Assembly: GCA_963793305.1 (NCBI GenBank)
Contig: CAWBZV010000003.1
Span: 288,001 to 352,000, forward strand
Source of the DNA: an uncultured Gemmatimonadales bacterium
GTDB lineage: Bacteria > Gemmatimonadota > Gemmatimonadetes > Gemmatimonadales > Gemmatimonadaceae
Reading direction: 5' to 3'
Length of the DNA stretch: 64,000 bases
This document shows, one piece after another, positions 9,701 to 19,010 of the stretch; positions within the stretch are counted from its first letter, which is position 1, and each line of letters begins with the position of its first letter. Under the pieces are notes generated by a model. That model saw only the letters and a program-made list of their open reading frames with translations, ran no database searches and was not told the DNA's origin. A program made the translations under genes and the position numbers.

Positions 9701-9932
9701 GAAGGCCATGTTTGCCGCCATGACCACGCCGCAGCATCGGTGCGAGGGTGCCTATTACATCGGCCTGCGTGCGCATCACGAAGGGCGGTACGTCGACGCA
9801 GTCGACTGGTTTCGCGCATTGGTCGACACGCACCTCAAGAGCAACGGCGAGTGGTTCTGGGCCGACTACGCGCTCAGCGCCTGGAACGACACCGGGAAGA
9901 ACCTGAGCTATATCGCACGACGACGCCTATAG
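6759..9932 (+). CDS. Large (1057 aa) membrane-anchored helical/TPR-like hypothetical protein
   Basis: Long ORF, N-terminal TM, TPR-like segments near the C-terminus. Confidence 0.7.
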   Translation: MPPSRTGVRWPFAAALITVAAVAAYLAWFRTSPISARFHHEPRRQLAALHPDSAEMDVDTVGGVAVAYPATHPRSVLDVPVDSMAAAVNDGFRLKPDIRFVAAVAHIHQILTDSSLSTVTLTPSATGWDIHYRGMLAGTLPDLPSFHDGERMLTAWAARVRATAPARAPAAPVDTTGLSADIDEFDAVHIARTLQAVNTLWTQTHDPRLLPIAERGLAMLTLQTIDLTEVADAVPTQALAVNALVHGAADRVLLARETGYYGEAVAMADSLDAHDAVRLFLEPNCDGIARVATRNGAPAFPRFLYLECLAWDGQHANDHRRFGRYVRAHYDFREKQLPIFSVTLGAGDFSWDARVPAIIPWIAAIDLSRMTHRRFNMDTTFVHWVSRVAQQVQHKEARHGRVMPIPAAEALQEIVRAESVLDTLFPGPLADASTIRDYFRAHLDGAVKTACDHELDEYNQLAGAADVAAEYADAPRDAGGEVARWCLHAVAAERDPTQPNDFLADARDPALGRTLRLDALERVERAGAAHEDEVRFGAAYLVSQLDSRPSTLWEIAYRLEWTPRALDVAEQLYRRYSTLVPTPGRTFNGAFADADGDGAALVGIATDAHQEVSERLWALNAAVHDSLISGTAARAIYARLVGLAPDLWDVREPYVELLEHLHDYAAATAVVRDWIAVAHRDTLSDEFDWSAAHVALARILEAQGRSEAAWKTIEPFIGPAIGGAVGNAALIAEHCGCEQCQIDADSLTAWETRTYPNYPEEHATRLYVLWHQGRYAEAADHLAALGSGWTNHEWSEKIGRMFVRAFSERGVAAEVEAVGAMTKAGIPLWDIGALARVADEMDRPDLAFMLQSRLHRDNEGVDHSVGPRLMAYKYLMHWKGADTAREWLKAVVPRPMDDALADDFFTFDSTDVLIWTWPEPDSVSVAVWLARAAASVQRHDPDPHHAQLVAYFSDPSHALFAPEGDSAYYTMGRYLLGLTDEKAMFAAMTTPQHRCEGAYYIGLRAHHEGRYVDAVDWFRALVDTHLKSNGEWFWADYALSAWNDTGKNLSYIARRRL

Positions 9933-9980
9933 CCCAAATCGGCGATTGCGCGATGCGGGGCCGCTGGCGAAACTCCGCGC

Positions 9981-10499
9981 ATGTCGATTCCTACAGTCGC
10001 CGAGTACGCCGGCGGGCTCCCGGCGTTCGAACGCCTGACGAACGCGTTCTATGCAAAAGTCGTCAAGGATCCGATTCTCGCCCCGGTGTTCGCCCAGATG
10101 GGCCCGGATCACCCAAAGCACGTTGCCGCATTCATCGCCCAAGGATTCGGAGCGGGCCCGACGTACTCCGGCGCTGGATCAGAGAACGCCGCGATGCGAG
10201 ACATGGTTCAGCACCACGTGGGCCGCCACCTGACGGAGCAACAACGCCACCGTTGGGTGACGCTGATCAACGAGGCCGCGGACGAAGTGGGGCTGCCAAA
10301 CGATCCGGAATTTCGCTCAGCGTTCGCGGCCCATATCGAATGGGGCACCCGCATCGCCGTGATGAACTCGGCGTCCGATTCCAACCCGACGGGCCCGAAC
10401 GATCACATCCCGCGCTGGGACTGGGGCTCGGTTCGCGGCCCGTTCGAGAGTGTGGGAAGCATTTGCGCATTCCCCACCGACGAGAAAATTATCCCTTGA
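9981..10499 (+). CDS. Group II truncated hemoglobin
   Basis: GG..AF..L..AFY, DP.LAPVF, GGP-like GAGPTY, proximal H in QHHVG, EQQRHRWV. Confidence 0.85.
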   Translation: MSIPTVAEYAGGLPAFERLTNAFYAKVVKDPILAPVFAQMGPDHPKHVAAFIAQGFGAGPTYSGAGSENAAMRDMVQHHVGRHLTEQQRHRWVTLINEAADEVGLPNDPEFRSAFAAHIEWGTRIAVMNSASDSNPTGPNDHIPRWDWGSVRGPFESVGSICAFPTDEKIIP

Positions 10500-11109
10500 G
10501 CGCCGGCGCGCCGTGCTGCTCGACCGCTTCGACGGCACGGCGCAACTCCCCGAGAATCGGCGCCTCGAATCCCACCTCGTCCAGCCGATCGCATACCGTC
10601 CGGTAATAGCGGATCGTCCCTTCGCGCCCACGCGAGATACGGGACCAGACCGTCTCGGGGTACTCCGTGCGCTTGAGGTCAGCGAGCACAGTCCCGATGC
10701 TGTGCAGCGCGTCGGCCGCGCACACCCAACGCGCATTGGTCGATGCGCTCGCCAGACGCGCAACGGCATCGCGCTTGCGCTCCTCCGGCGAGAGCTCGAC
10801 GCCGTCATCATCGTTTCGCCGCTCGGTGACCGCGAGCGCGGTCTCGAGCACCGGCCGTCCAAACTTGTTCCCGATCCACTCGTCGAGCTCATCGCGCGTA
10901 TACCCATCACGCACGGACCCTTCGATGACCCCGTGCAGAATGCCCGCCAGCACGGTGTCCTCGGACTGTCCGTAGCGCGTGAGGATCACGGCCACGTTCG
11001 CCGGACGCGTCAGGTACGGCAGCGCCGTCCCTTTGCGGACCTGCGTATCGTGATGCTTCGCCGCAAACGCGAACGCGTGGTTGATGCGGTCGGAATAACC
11101 GGTTGTCAT
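10489..11109 (-). CDS. RelA/SpoT-type HD-domain protein with degenerate active site
   Basis: AFAFAAKHH.TQVRKG..PY fold signature; canonical HD/ED/DKLHN appear as HG/EG/DALHS. Confidence 0.8.
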   Translation of the reverse strand: MTTGYSDRINHAFAFAAKHHDTQVRKGTALPYLTRPANVAVILTRYGQSEDTVLAGILHGVIEGSVRDGYTRDELDEWIGNKFGRPVLETALAVTERRNDDDGVELSPEERKRDAVARLASASTNARWVCAADALHSIGTVLADLKRTEYPETVWSRISRGREGTIRYYRTVCDRLDEVGFEAPILGELRRAVEAVEQHGAPALKG

Positions 11110-11123
11110 GGGGGTCGTCGAAT

Positions 11124-11564
11124 CTAAACGAATCCACGCACGATCGCGAGGAATCGTTCGTCGAGCGCGAGCAGCGCCGCTCCCTGCACTATAATTCCCA
11201 GACCGGCACCGACGCCGCCGAGCCGCCGTCCATGCGTCCATCCCAATGTCGTCAGCACCAGCGTCACCCCAATGGCGATGCATCCCACGTCGAGCCCGGT
11301 CTCGAACCGCATGTGTTGGCCGAGCCGCGTCGCCGCGCTCAAGTCCCGAAGCACGAGACCCGACAGCGCGACGGCCGCGACCGTCGCTTCAAATACCCCG
11401 AAGGCGATCGTTTGCATCGCGAACGCGCTCAGCAGCGCCGAGGTCCACCGTCGCACGGTGAGCACCGCCAGCACGGCGGTCCCGGCGAGGACGCACGTGA
11501 GCGCCCACACCAAGACCCGAATCAGATGCGCTTTCTCCGCGGCCATCAACGTATCCGCCCACAT
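11124..11564 (-). CDS. Four-TM hypothetical membrane protein
   Basis: Hydrophobic ORF with GLDVG and G.GIIVQG..LL.LD motifs; start MWADTL. Confidence 0.7.
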   Translation of the reverse strand: MWADTLMAAEKAHLIRVLVWALTCVLAGTAVLAVLTVRRWTSALLSAFAMQTIAFGVFEATVAAVALSGLVLRDLSAATRLGQHMRFETGLDVGCIAIGVTLVLTTLGWTHGRRLGGVGAGLGIIVQGAALLALDERFLAIVRGFV

Positions 11565-13149
11565 GTCGGATAGTTTACAGCGCTGGGCCGAGACTGCCGA
11601 GGCGGTGCGCGCAACGACCAAGCGCCTGGAGAAGAGCGCGTTTGTCGAACGCTACCTGGCCTCGCTCGACAGCGAGTCGCTCGCCATCGCCGCGCGATTC
11701 TTCTCCGGCGTCGTGTTCGCCCGCCATGACGCGCGCACCACCCAAGTTGGCGGCTCGATCGTCTGGGAAGCGCTCGGCGCCATCACCGGTCACGCCGCCG
11801 ACCAGCTCGGCGCTCGTTATCTCGCGCACGGTGATCTCGGCGACCTGACGGGCGAGCTGCTCGCCGAGCGGCCGCCGTCGGGCATGACACTGGAAGCCGT
11901 CGCTGCGCGCTTCGCACAGCTTGCCGCGGCGAAGGGCACGAATGCCCGTCGGGCGCTCATTCGCGAGTGGCTCGCCACACTCGGCGGCATGGAAGCCCGA
12001 TTTGTCGTCAAGCTCCTCGGCGGCGAGTTGCGCATCGGGCTCAAGGAAGCCCAGGTCGAAGAGGCCCTCGCGCGAGCGTTCGGTCGGCCGCTGGTGTCGA
12101 TTCGCCGCGCGAACCTGCTGCGCGGCGATATCGGGGAAGTCGCACAAATGGCGCGCGACGGTACGCTCGAACACGCGGCGCTCGCGCTGTTCCATCCGAT
12201 CGGATTCATGCTCGCCGCGGCGCACGGGACGCCAGCGTTCCCCTGTGCGATTGAGAACAAGTACGATGGCATCCGCGCTCAGGCGCACCTGGCTAAGGCC
12301 AAAGTCGCGCTGTTCTCGCGCACGCTCGACGACATCACGCGAGGCTATCCCGACGTGGTCGCCGCACTTTCGCCGCTGACATCCACGGCCGGACTCGTGC
12401 TCGACGGGGAGCTCGTCGCAAGCTCCTTCCTCGCGCTGCAGCAGCGACTGGGTCGCAAGGCGCCAAGTGAAGCTCTCATTCTGGAAGTGCCGGTGACGTT
12501 CACGGTCTTCGACATCCTCGCCCAGGACGCGGCTCTCGTCATCGACGAGCCATACTCCGAGCGGCGCCGCCGCCTGGAGGCACTCGGATCGATCCGCCTC
12601 GCGCCGGTGGAAGGGGCAGAGACCGCGGACGATATCGAGGCCGCATTCACGCGAGCCCGAGAGGCGGGCAACGAAGGCCTCGTCATCAAGGACCTGAGCT
12701 CCCCCTACACACCCGGCCGTCGCGGCAAGACGTGGATCAAGCTCAAACGCGCCGAGGACACGCTCGACGTTGTCGTCACGGCCGTCGAGCGCGGACACGG
12801 CAGGCGGCGCGACGTACTCTCCGATTACACGTTCGCCGTTCGCACATCAGAAGATGACCCGACGCTGCTCGACGTTGGCAAAGCCTACAATGGCTTGACC
12901 GACGCCGAGATCGCGTCACTCACCAAGACATTCGAGGCACTGACGATCACGAAGCACGGTGGCTATCACGTCGTACGCCCCGAGATCGTGCTCGAGGTCA
13001 CGTTCGACATTGTGCAGCCATCAAAGCGCCACGCCGCGGGCTATGCGCTGAGGTTCCCCCGCATCGTGCGCGTGCGCGATGACAAGACGGTGGCCGAGAT
13101 CGACACGCTCGATCGGGTACGCGCGTTGGCGTCTACCGCCGCGGAGTGA
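11563..13149 (+). CDS. ATP-dependent DNA ligase
   Basis: Adenylation motif ENKYDGIR, LDGEL, FDIL, EGLVIK, WIKLK, ALRFPR. Confidence 0.93.
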   Translation: MSDSLQRWAETAEAVRATTKRLEKSAFVERYLASLDSESLAIAARFFSGVVFARHDARTTQVGGSIVWEALGAITGHAADQLGARYLAHGDLGDLTGELLAERPPSGMTLEAVAARFAQLAAAKGTNARRALIREWLATLGGMEARFVVKLLGGELRIGLKEAQVEEALARAFGRPLVSIRRANLLRGDIGEVAQMARDGTLEHAALALFHPIGFMLAAAHGTPAFPCAIENKYDGIRAQAHLAKAKVALFSRTLDDITRGYPDVVAALSPLTSTAGLVLDGELVASSFLALQQRLGRKAPSEALILEVPVTFTVFDILAQDAALVIDEPYSERRRRLEALGSIRLAPVEGAETADDIEAAFTRAREAGNEGLVIKDLSSPYTPGRRGKTWIKLKRAEDTLDVVVTAVERGHGRRRDVLSDYTFAVRTSEDDPTLLDVGKAYNGLTDAEIASLTKTFEALTITKHGGYHVVRPEIVLEVTFDIVQPSKRHAAGYALRFPRIVRVRDDKTVAEIDTLDRVRALASTAAE

Positions 13150-14765
13150 TCGGCGCCGAATCAGAGTCCCAGAGGACGACGCCCGCGAGCCGCATACCTG
13201 AGCTCTTGAGGCTCTCGACCGAGGCGCTGAGACGTTCGAGCGATGTGTACGCGATCCGCGCACACATGACGACCGCCGCGCCGGGAAGAACGCTCGCCGG
13301 TCCGATCTGCGATACGCTCTCAGGTGCCACCACGATCATGAGATCGTACCGTCGCGCCAGGCGCGCGAGATCATCGCGCAACGCGCGACCAGCGGCCGCC
13401 GGCGGAGAGCTGATTGGGATCTGCGCGCTGCCAGCCGGGATGACGTTCGAGCCGCAGATCGCGCCCGATGACGACCGTCACGATCGCGTCGGCCCACGCC
13501 ACGAGCCCGCCGAGCACGTCAGCGACGCCTGGAGCGATGCGGGCGCCGACGATATGCGTTGCGGGAGCGGCCGCGTACTCCGCGTCCACCAGTAGCGTGT
13601 TTCGGGAGTCATAGACGGCCGCGACCGCAATGTTCGACGCGACCGTGGCGACGACCTCGGATTCGTCGCCAGCGATCGTCACGATCGGCAACTCGGACGC
13701 CTGTCGATCGCCGACGAGCTCCAGATACAACAAGCGATACTCGGCCGACGTCGCGTCGATCAACGGCGACAGCGCGCTATCCGTCGAACGACGCATCCGC
13801 TCCGGATGTGGCCGCGGAGGCGACAGCACCGCGAGCGTCCGCGCGCCGGTCAACCGCTCGGCCTCGTTCCGATCGGCCACGCGCGGCTGCGCCACCTCGA
13901 TGCCGAACGTCACGGCAAACCCTATGGCCGCTCCGAGCACGAGCGCCGCGGCGAGCAACGCAATCGGCGGCGCGCTGACGTTGGCGAGCTCGCGCGCGCG
14001 TTCGACCCGCTGATCGAGCACTCCGGTGTAGACGCGCGCTCCGCCGAGGGCGATCTCGGCCGCCGAGTCGACGGCCAGAAGCGAATCGAGCTTCCGGTGA
14101 GCGCGCAACGTCTCGGCCGCTACCGCCGGCGCCGAAGGCAGCGAGCCGCCGAGGACGGCGACCTGATTGCGCAACGACGCGCGCTTGGCCTCGGCGACGT
14201 TGAGCAGCGAGCGCCCAATCGCGTTCATGCGCGCGGTGAGCGCGACGTAGATCGGATCGACGCCACCGCTGGTCGTGCTGAATGCTTCTCGCGCCCGAAT
14301 AATGTCGTCGAGCGAATCCCCGAGCACCTTGACTCTCGCTTCGCCGCGCAGCGCGCGCGCCTGAGCAACCGCGCGATACGACGCCGGCAGTGGGGAGAGC
14401 TCGGCGTGAGCGGTGACGCGAGTCAGCTCGGCGATGCCGGCCGCCAGCGAATCACGTCGAGCGGCAAGCGCGGGCGGCAGCGTATCGGCCGCCGCGATGC
14501 GTAGCGCGCGGGTGCGCGTGCGGCCGAGCGCCGAGTCGGCGGCCTTGGCGCCAGCTTGGGCCGCCAACGCCCGGCGAATGAGCAGCGTCGTGTCGGGATA
14601 GTCTTCGGGCCGCGGCGTAAGGACACGCGCGGCCCGATTGGCCTGGCGCGGGATCAGCACGAGCGTCACGAGTGCCGTCAAGAAGACCGCGACGCTCACG
14701 CCCCCAATGCGCAGCGGGCGGCGGAGCGCATTCCGCGCCCGCGCCGCCAGCCATGTTGAACGCAC
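13133..14765 (-). CDS. Wzc/chain-length-regulator-like protein with degenerate kinase domain; frameshift near 13430
   Basis: TM, coiled coil, TM, then CpsD-like part (AEYRLL, TLLVDAE, PGVADVL; second frame YDLMIVVAP, G.RLAGVVLW). Confidence 0.65.
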
Positions 14766-14781
14766 CAGTCGAGTGGTGGTC

Positions 14782-15309
14782 CTACTGGACCGTGATCACA
14801 CCCTTCATGCCGAGCGCCAGGTGCGGCGTGCAGTAGAAGTGATACGTCCCAGCCTTCGTTCCCGCGAAGGAGACCGTGTACGTGTCGTTCGCGTTGATGA
14901 GCAGCGGACCCGTCAGCGGCGAGGTCGTATTCGGCATGTTCGCGTTCAACTGCGCGCTCGCGGCCGCCGGAATGCTGTCCGCGAAGAACGTCACGTTGTG
15001 CGGACCGCCGGTGACGTTGGTGAACTTGATGCCGTCGCCCACCTTGACCGTGATGGTCGCGGGATCGAAGCGATAGCCTTGGGCATCGCCGATCATCTTC
15101 ACTTCGACAGTCTTGCCCGTAATCGGCGCCGCGGCCATGGTGGCACCACCCGCGGGCGCTGCTGCGCCACCGGCGGGCGCCGCCGTGGCAGTGGCTGCCG
15201 CCGTCGTATCGGCCGGCTTGGCCGCGTTGTTGTCAGCAGTCTTATCACCGCCGCCGCACGCACCGAGCGCCATTACGCTCGCCGCGAGCACCAGCTTATT
15301 TCTCAGCAT
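14782..15309 (-). CDS. Plastocyanin/azurin-family blue copper lipoprotein
   Basis: Lipobox LGAC, Ala/Pro linker, type-1 Cu ligands PHNV and CTPHLALGM. Confidence 0.92.
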   Translation of the reverse strand: MLRNKLVLAASVMALGACGGGDKTADNNAAKPADTTAAATATAAPAGGAAAPAGGATMAAAPITGKTVEVKMIGDAQGYRFDPATITVKVGDGIKFTNVTGGPHNVTFFADSIPAAASAQLNANMPNTTSPLTGPLLINANDTYTVSFAGTKAGTYHFYCTPHLALGMKGVITVQ

Positions 15310-15365
15310 GTTAAAAAGCCTCCAGTGTCGTTCGCTTCGTTCACTTTTTTGCCCACATGTAGCGC

Positions 15366-15383
15366 TTGTGAAGTTATTCACAA
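15366..15383. promoter_or_regulatory. Rex-type operator
   Basis: Perfect TTGTGAA-GTTA-TTCACAA, matching the Rex consensus TTGTGAA-N4-TTCACAA. Confidence 0.75.
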
Positions 15384-15406
15384 ATGACTAGATTTTCCAG
15401 CCACTG

Positions 15407-15496
15407 ATGCAAACAACGCTCCGGCACCATCATCACGCGCATCGCCACGGCCCGACGGGTCGCGGCGCTCTCGTGCGTGAGTGGATGATGGGCTAG
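15407..15496 (+). CDS. hisL: his operon leader peptide (29 aa)
   Basis: MQTTLRHHHHAHRHGPTGRGALVREWMMG*; six His in eight codons, just upstream of hisG. Confidence 0.88.
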   Translation: MQTTLRHHHHAHRHGPTGRGALVREWMMG

Positions 15497-15529
15497 CGCC
15501 CCGACACTTCCAACCTGAGCAGCCACGCG

Positions 15530-15556
15530 GCCCGTCCATAAGGACGGGCTTTTTTT
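15530..15556 (+). terminator. his attenuator terminator
   Basis: GCCCGTCC-ATAA-GGACGGGC plus T7; antiterminator 15454-15464 pairs with 15526-15536. Confidence 0.9.
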
Positions 15557-16396
15557 ATGCTACGAATCGCTTTACCCAACAAGGGTCGATTGGCCGACGA
15601 AGCGCGCGCGCTCTTCGCCGAGGCTGGCCTTGGCGTGCGCGCCCTGGGTGACCGTGCGCTTACTGCCTCGCTCGGCGGCGAGTTCCAGGCGCTCTTCGTG
15701 CGCGCACAGGATGTCGCCGAGTTCGTCGCCGACGGCGCGGCTGACGCCGGTGTTACGGGGTGGGATCTCGTGGCCGAGTCCGATCGCGCGCTCGAGACGT
15801 TACTCGATCTCGAGTTCGGGCGATGCCGACTCGTCGTCGCATCGCACGAGGAGAGCGGCATCATGTCGCTCGACGATATCACCGATCATCGCGTGGCGAC
15901 GGTCTTTCCGCGCCTGACTCGCAATTACTTCGAGTCGCTCGGCCGCCCGGTCTCGATCGTCCCAGTCTCGGGCGCCGCCGAGGTGGCACCACACTTGGGG
16001 ATCGCCAACGTCATCGTCGATCTCGTCTCGACGGGCTCGACGCTCAAGACCAACGGTCTGCGCGAGCTTGCGACGGTACTCGAATCGAGCGCCCGGCTCA
16101 TCGCCGGGAAGCAGCGTGCCGATCTCGAAGATCTCGTGACTGCACTCGACTCCGTCGTACGTGGCCGCGCCAAACGATATCTGATGGCCAACGTTCCACG
16201 CGCTGTCCTGGACCGCGTCACCGCCGTGTTGCCGGGCCTCAACGGCCCAACGGTCATCGACATCATGAACGGCCACGACATGGTGGCCGTCCACGCCGTG
16301 GTGCCAGCAGACGGCATCTATCGGACGATAGCCGCGCTCAAAGGCCTGGGCGCCGAGGGCATTCTCGTCACTCGCATCGAACGGCTCCTGCCATGA
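15557..16396 (+). CDS. hisG: ATP phosphoribosyltransferase (long form)
   Basis: LRIALPNKGRL, VRAQD, GVTGWD, SGAAE, IVDLVSTGSTL, C-terminal regulatory domain. Confidence 0.95.
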   Translation: MLRIALPNKGRLADEARALFAEAGLGVRALGDRALTASLGGEFQALFVRAQDVAEFVADGAADAGVTGWDLVAESDRALETLLDLEFGRCRLVVASHEESGIMSLDDITDHRVATVFPRLTRNYFESLGRPVSIVPVSGAAEVAPHLGIANVIVDLVSTGSTLKTNGLRELATVLESSARLIAGKQRADLEDLVTALDSVVRGRAKRYLMANVPRAVLDRVTAVLPGLNGPTVIDIMNGHDMVAVHAVVPADGIYRTIAALKGLGAEGILVTRIERLLP

Positions 16397-17467
16397 CGAT
16401 CGCGACTGACACCGCGGCCATCATCGCGCGCGTGCGCGAGGACGGCGACAAAGCCCTGTTCGCCCTCGCGCGCGAGCTCGATGGCGTGACGCTCGAAGCG
16501 CTCGAAGTGCCGGCCGGCGCTTCTATCTCGTCGTCGCTCCAGGCAGGCAATGTCGCGCGCTATAGCGAACTTACGCACGGCGCACACGGCGTTCGCGCCG
16601 AAAGCGGTCGAGGTCGAGACAGAACCGGGCGTGATTGTCGGCCGCCGACCGGATCCGCTGGCGCGGGTCGGCATATACGCGCCCGGCGGGCGCGCAACGT
16701 ATCCGAGTAGCCTGCTGATGGGCGCGATCCCAGCGAGAGTGGCTGGCGTACGCGAGGTCATCGTGTGCTCCCCGCGACCATCGGCCGCGCTGTTGGCGGC
16801 AGCCGAGATGGCCGGCGTCGATCGAGTCTTCGCGGTCGGTGGCGCTGGCGCGATCGCCGCCATGGCGTATGGCACCGACACCATCCCGCGCGTCGACAAG
16901 ATCGTCGGCCCGGGCAACGCGTACGTGGCCGAGGCAAAGCTGCAACTCGCGGGTGTCGTCGCGAGCGAGGCACCCGCGGGCCCAAGCGAGCTACTCGTCA
17001 TCGCCGACGAGACTGCCGATCCCGCTGTCATCGCGCGGGAGATGGCGGCGCAGGCCGAACACGACCCGCGAGCCCGGGTGGCCGTCGTCACGGTCGGCCG
17101 CGATGTGGCGTCGATCGACGACGCGATTGCGTTCGCGAACGAGTGGGCGCCTGAGCATTTGCTATTGGCGGTCGCCGATCCGATGGCCGCGTTCGCCCGA
17201 ATCCGTAACGCCGGCGCGGTATTTCTCGGCGAGACGAGCTCGGTCACGTTTGGCGACTACCTGACGGGCGCGAATCACGTGTTGCCCACCGGCGGGTGGG
17301 CGCGATCGTACTCCGGTCTCTCGACGCAGGATTTCGTGCGGTGGACGAGCTACACGCGCGTCGATCGCGCGGCCGCCGCGCGATTGGCCGTTGATACCGC
17401 CGTGTTCGCCGAGGCTGAAGGGCTGAGCGCGCACGCGAGCGCCGCGCGGGCGTGGGAGGCACGATGA
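16393..17467 (+). CDS. hisD: Histidinol dehydrogenase; frameshift near 16530
   Basis: GIYAPGG, YPSS, IVGPGNAYV, AGPSE, QAEHD, APEHL, GDY..GANHVLPT; N-terminus in another frame. Confidence 0.9.
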
Positions 17468-18447
17468 GGCATGCCTATCGCGATGTGCAGCTGTACGCCA
17501 ACGATCGACCGCCGTGCGCGATCGATCTCAGCGACAACACCAACCTGTGGGGCATGCCACCCGCTGCATCAGCCGCCGCCGCGGCTGCTGCGGGTAGCGC
17601 GACGCGCTATCCAGGCGTCTACGCGCGGGAGCTCAAAGCCGCGCTGGCCGCGTACCTCGGGGTTACGCCCGACATGATCGTCACCGGCTGCGGCTCGGAC
17701 GACGTGCTCGACTCGGCGTTCCGTGCGCTGGCCGAGCCAGGGGAACGGGTCGCGCATCCGGTGCCGACTTTTCCCATGGCGGGCACGTTTGCTCGCATGA
17801 ACGCGCTCGTTCCGGTACCGGTCTCCATGACTAGTTGGGACATCGATCCCGCGGCGTTACTCGCAACACACGCGCGCGTCACGTACCTCTGCTCGCCGAA
17901 CAATCCGAACGGTCGTTCATTATCGCGGGGCGCGGTCGAGGCTATCGTGTTTGAGTCACCGGGATACGTCATCATCGACGAGGCCTACGCCGAGTTCGCG
18001 GACCGGTCGGATGTCGACCTCCTCGCGCGGTCTGATCGCTTGGTCATCACGCGAACGCTCTCCAAGGCGTTCGGACTCGCCGGGCTGCGCATCGGGTACG
18101 CGGTCGGTGCGCCAGCGGTCATCGCCGAGATCGAGAAATCGCGCGGCCCCTACAAGGTCAACCGCGTCGCGGAATGCGCGGCCATCGCGGCATTGACTGA
18201 CGATCGGGCTTGGGTCGCCGAGCGCATCGGGCTCGTCCGCCAGAATCGCGAGCGATTTCGGCGCGATATCGCGGCGCTGGAGACTGACGCGAATTTTGTG
18301 TTCGTGCCGGCGTCGAACGCGGGCGAGATCGCGCGGCGATTGCGCGAGGGTGGCATCGCGGTGCGAGCGTTCGACGACGGGTACCGGGTGACCATCGGGC
18401 CGTGGGATCTCATGCAGGCATGCATCGATGCGATTGGCCGTCTTTGA
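17464..18447 (+). CDS. hisC: Histidinol-phosphate aminotransferase
   Basis: CSPNNP, DEAY.EF, RTLSKAFGLAGLRIGY. Confidence 0.93.
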   Translation: MRHAYRDVQLYANDRPPCAIDLSDNTNLWGMPPAASAAAAAAAGSATRYPGVYARELKAALAAYLGVTPDMIVTGCGSDDVLDSAFRALAEPGERVAHPVPTFPMAGTFARMNALVPVPVSMTSWDIDPAALLATHARVTYLCSPNNPNGRSLSRGAVEAIVFESPGYVIIDEAYAEFADRSDVDLLARSDRLVITRTLSKAFGLAGLRIGYAVGAPAVIAEIEKSRGPYKVNRVAECAAIAALTDDRAWVAERIGLVRQNRERFRRDIAALETDANFVFVPASNAGEIARRLREGGIAVRAFDDGYRVTIGPWDLMQACIDAIGRL

Positions 18448-19010
18448 TTACGGTGCGGGCAACCTGCACTCCCTCGGCAAGGCACTCTGCGCGCCTGGCA
18501 TTGACGTCTCCATCGAGACCGACCCGGCGGCGCTGCTCTCGGCCGACTGCATCGTGCTGCCCGGTGTCGGCGCATTCGGCACGGCCGCTTCGCGGCTCGC
18601 GCCCGCCCGCGCGGCCCTCGCCACGGCGCTCGACGCCGGCTTGCCGTGTCTCGGCATCTCGTCTCGGTATGCAGCTGCTGTTCGATACGAGCGACGAGAG
18701 CCCCGGCTCGCTCGGGTTGGGCGTCATCGCCGGCCGCGTCACGCGGCTCCGGGCTTCATGCGTGCCGCATATGGGCTGGAACACCGTGAGTGGCTTCGGC
18801 GTCGCCTATTTCGCCCATAGCTACGCGTGCCGCCCCACGGATGAATCAGTCGTCACCGCCTGGACGATCGAGGACGGCGACCGGTTCCCCTCGGCCGTCC
18901 GATGGCGTAACGTCGTGGGTGTGCAATTCCACCCCGAGAAGAGCTCAGCCCCAGGCGTGCGCTTTATTCGTGAGTTCCTAAGAGCGGTCCCCCCGAGGGG
19001 CTCCCTATGA
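18428..19010 (+). CDS. hisH: Imidazole glycerol phosphate synthase glutaminase subunit; frameshift near 18660
   Basis: DYGAGNL.S, LPGVGAF in one frame; LGMQLL, PHMGWN, YFAHSY, QFHPEKS in the next. Confidence 0.9.

Noticed and set aside
3862..13149. Combined RNA and DNA repair island (rsr, rtcB, DNA ligase)
   Set aside because: The ligase is separated by unrelated and opposite-strand genes, with no shared regulatory signal seen
14782..15309. Plastocyanin as dedicated electron partner of the pMMO-like pair, or as a photosynthesis marker
   Set aside because: It lies 7 kb away across the his operon and no photosynthesis genes are present; nothing in the sequence links them
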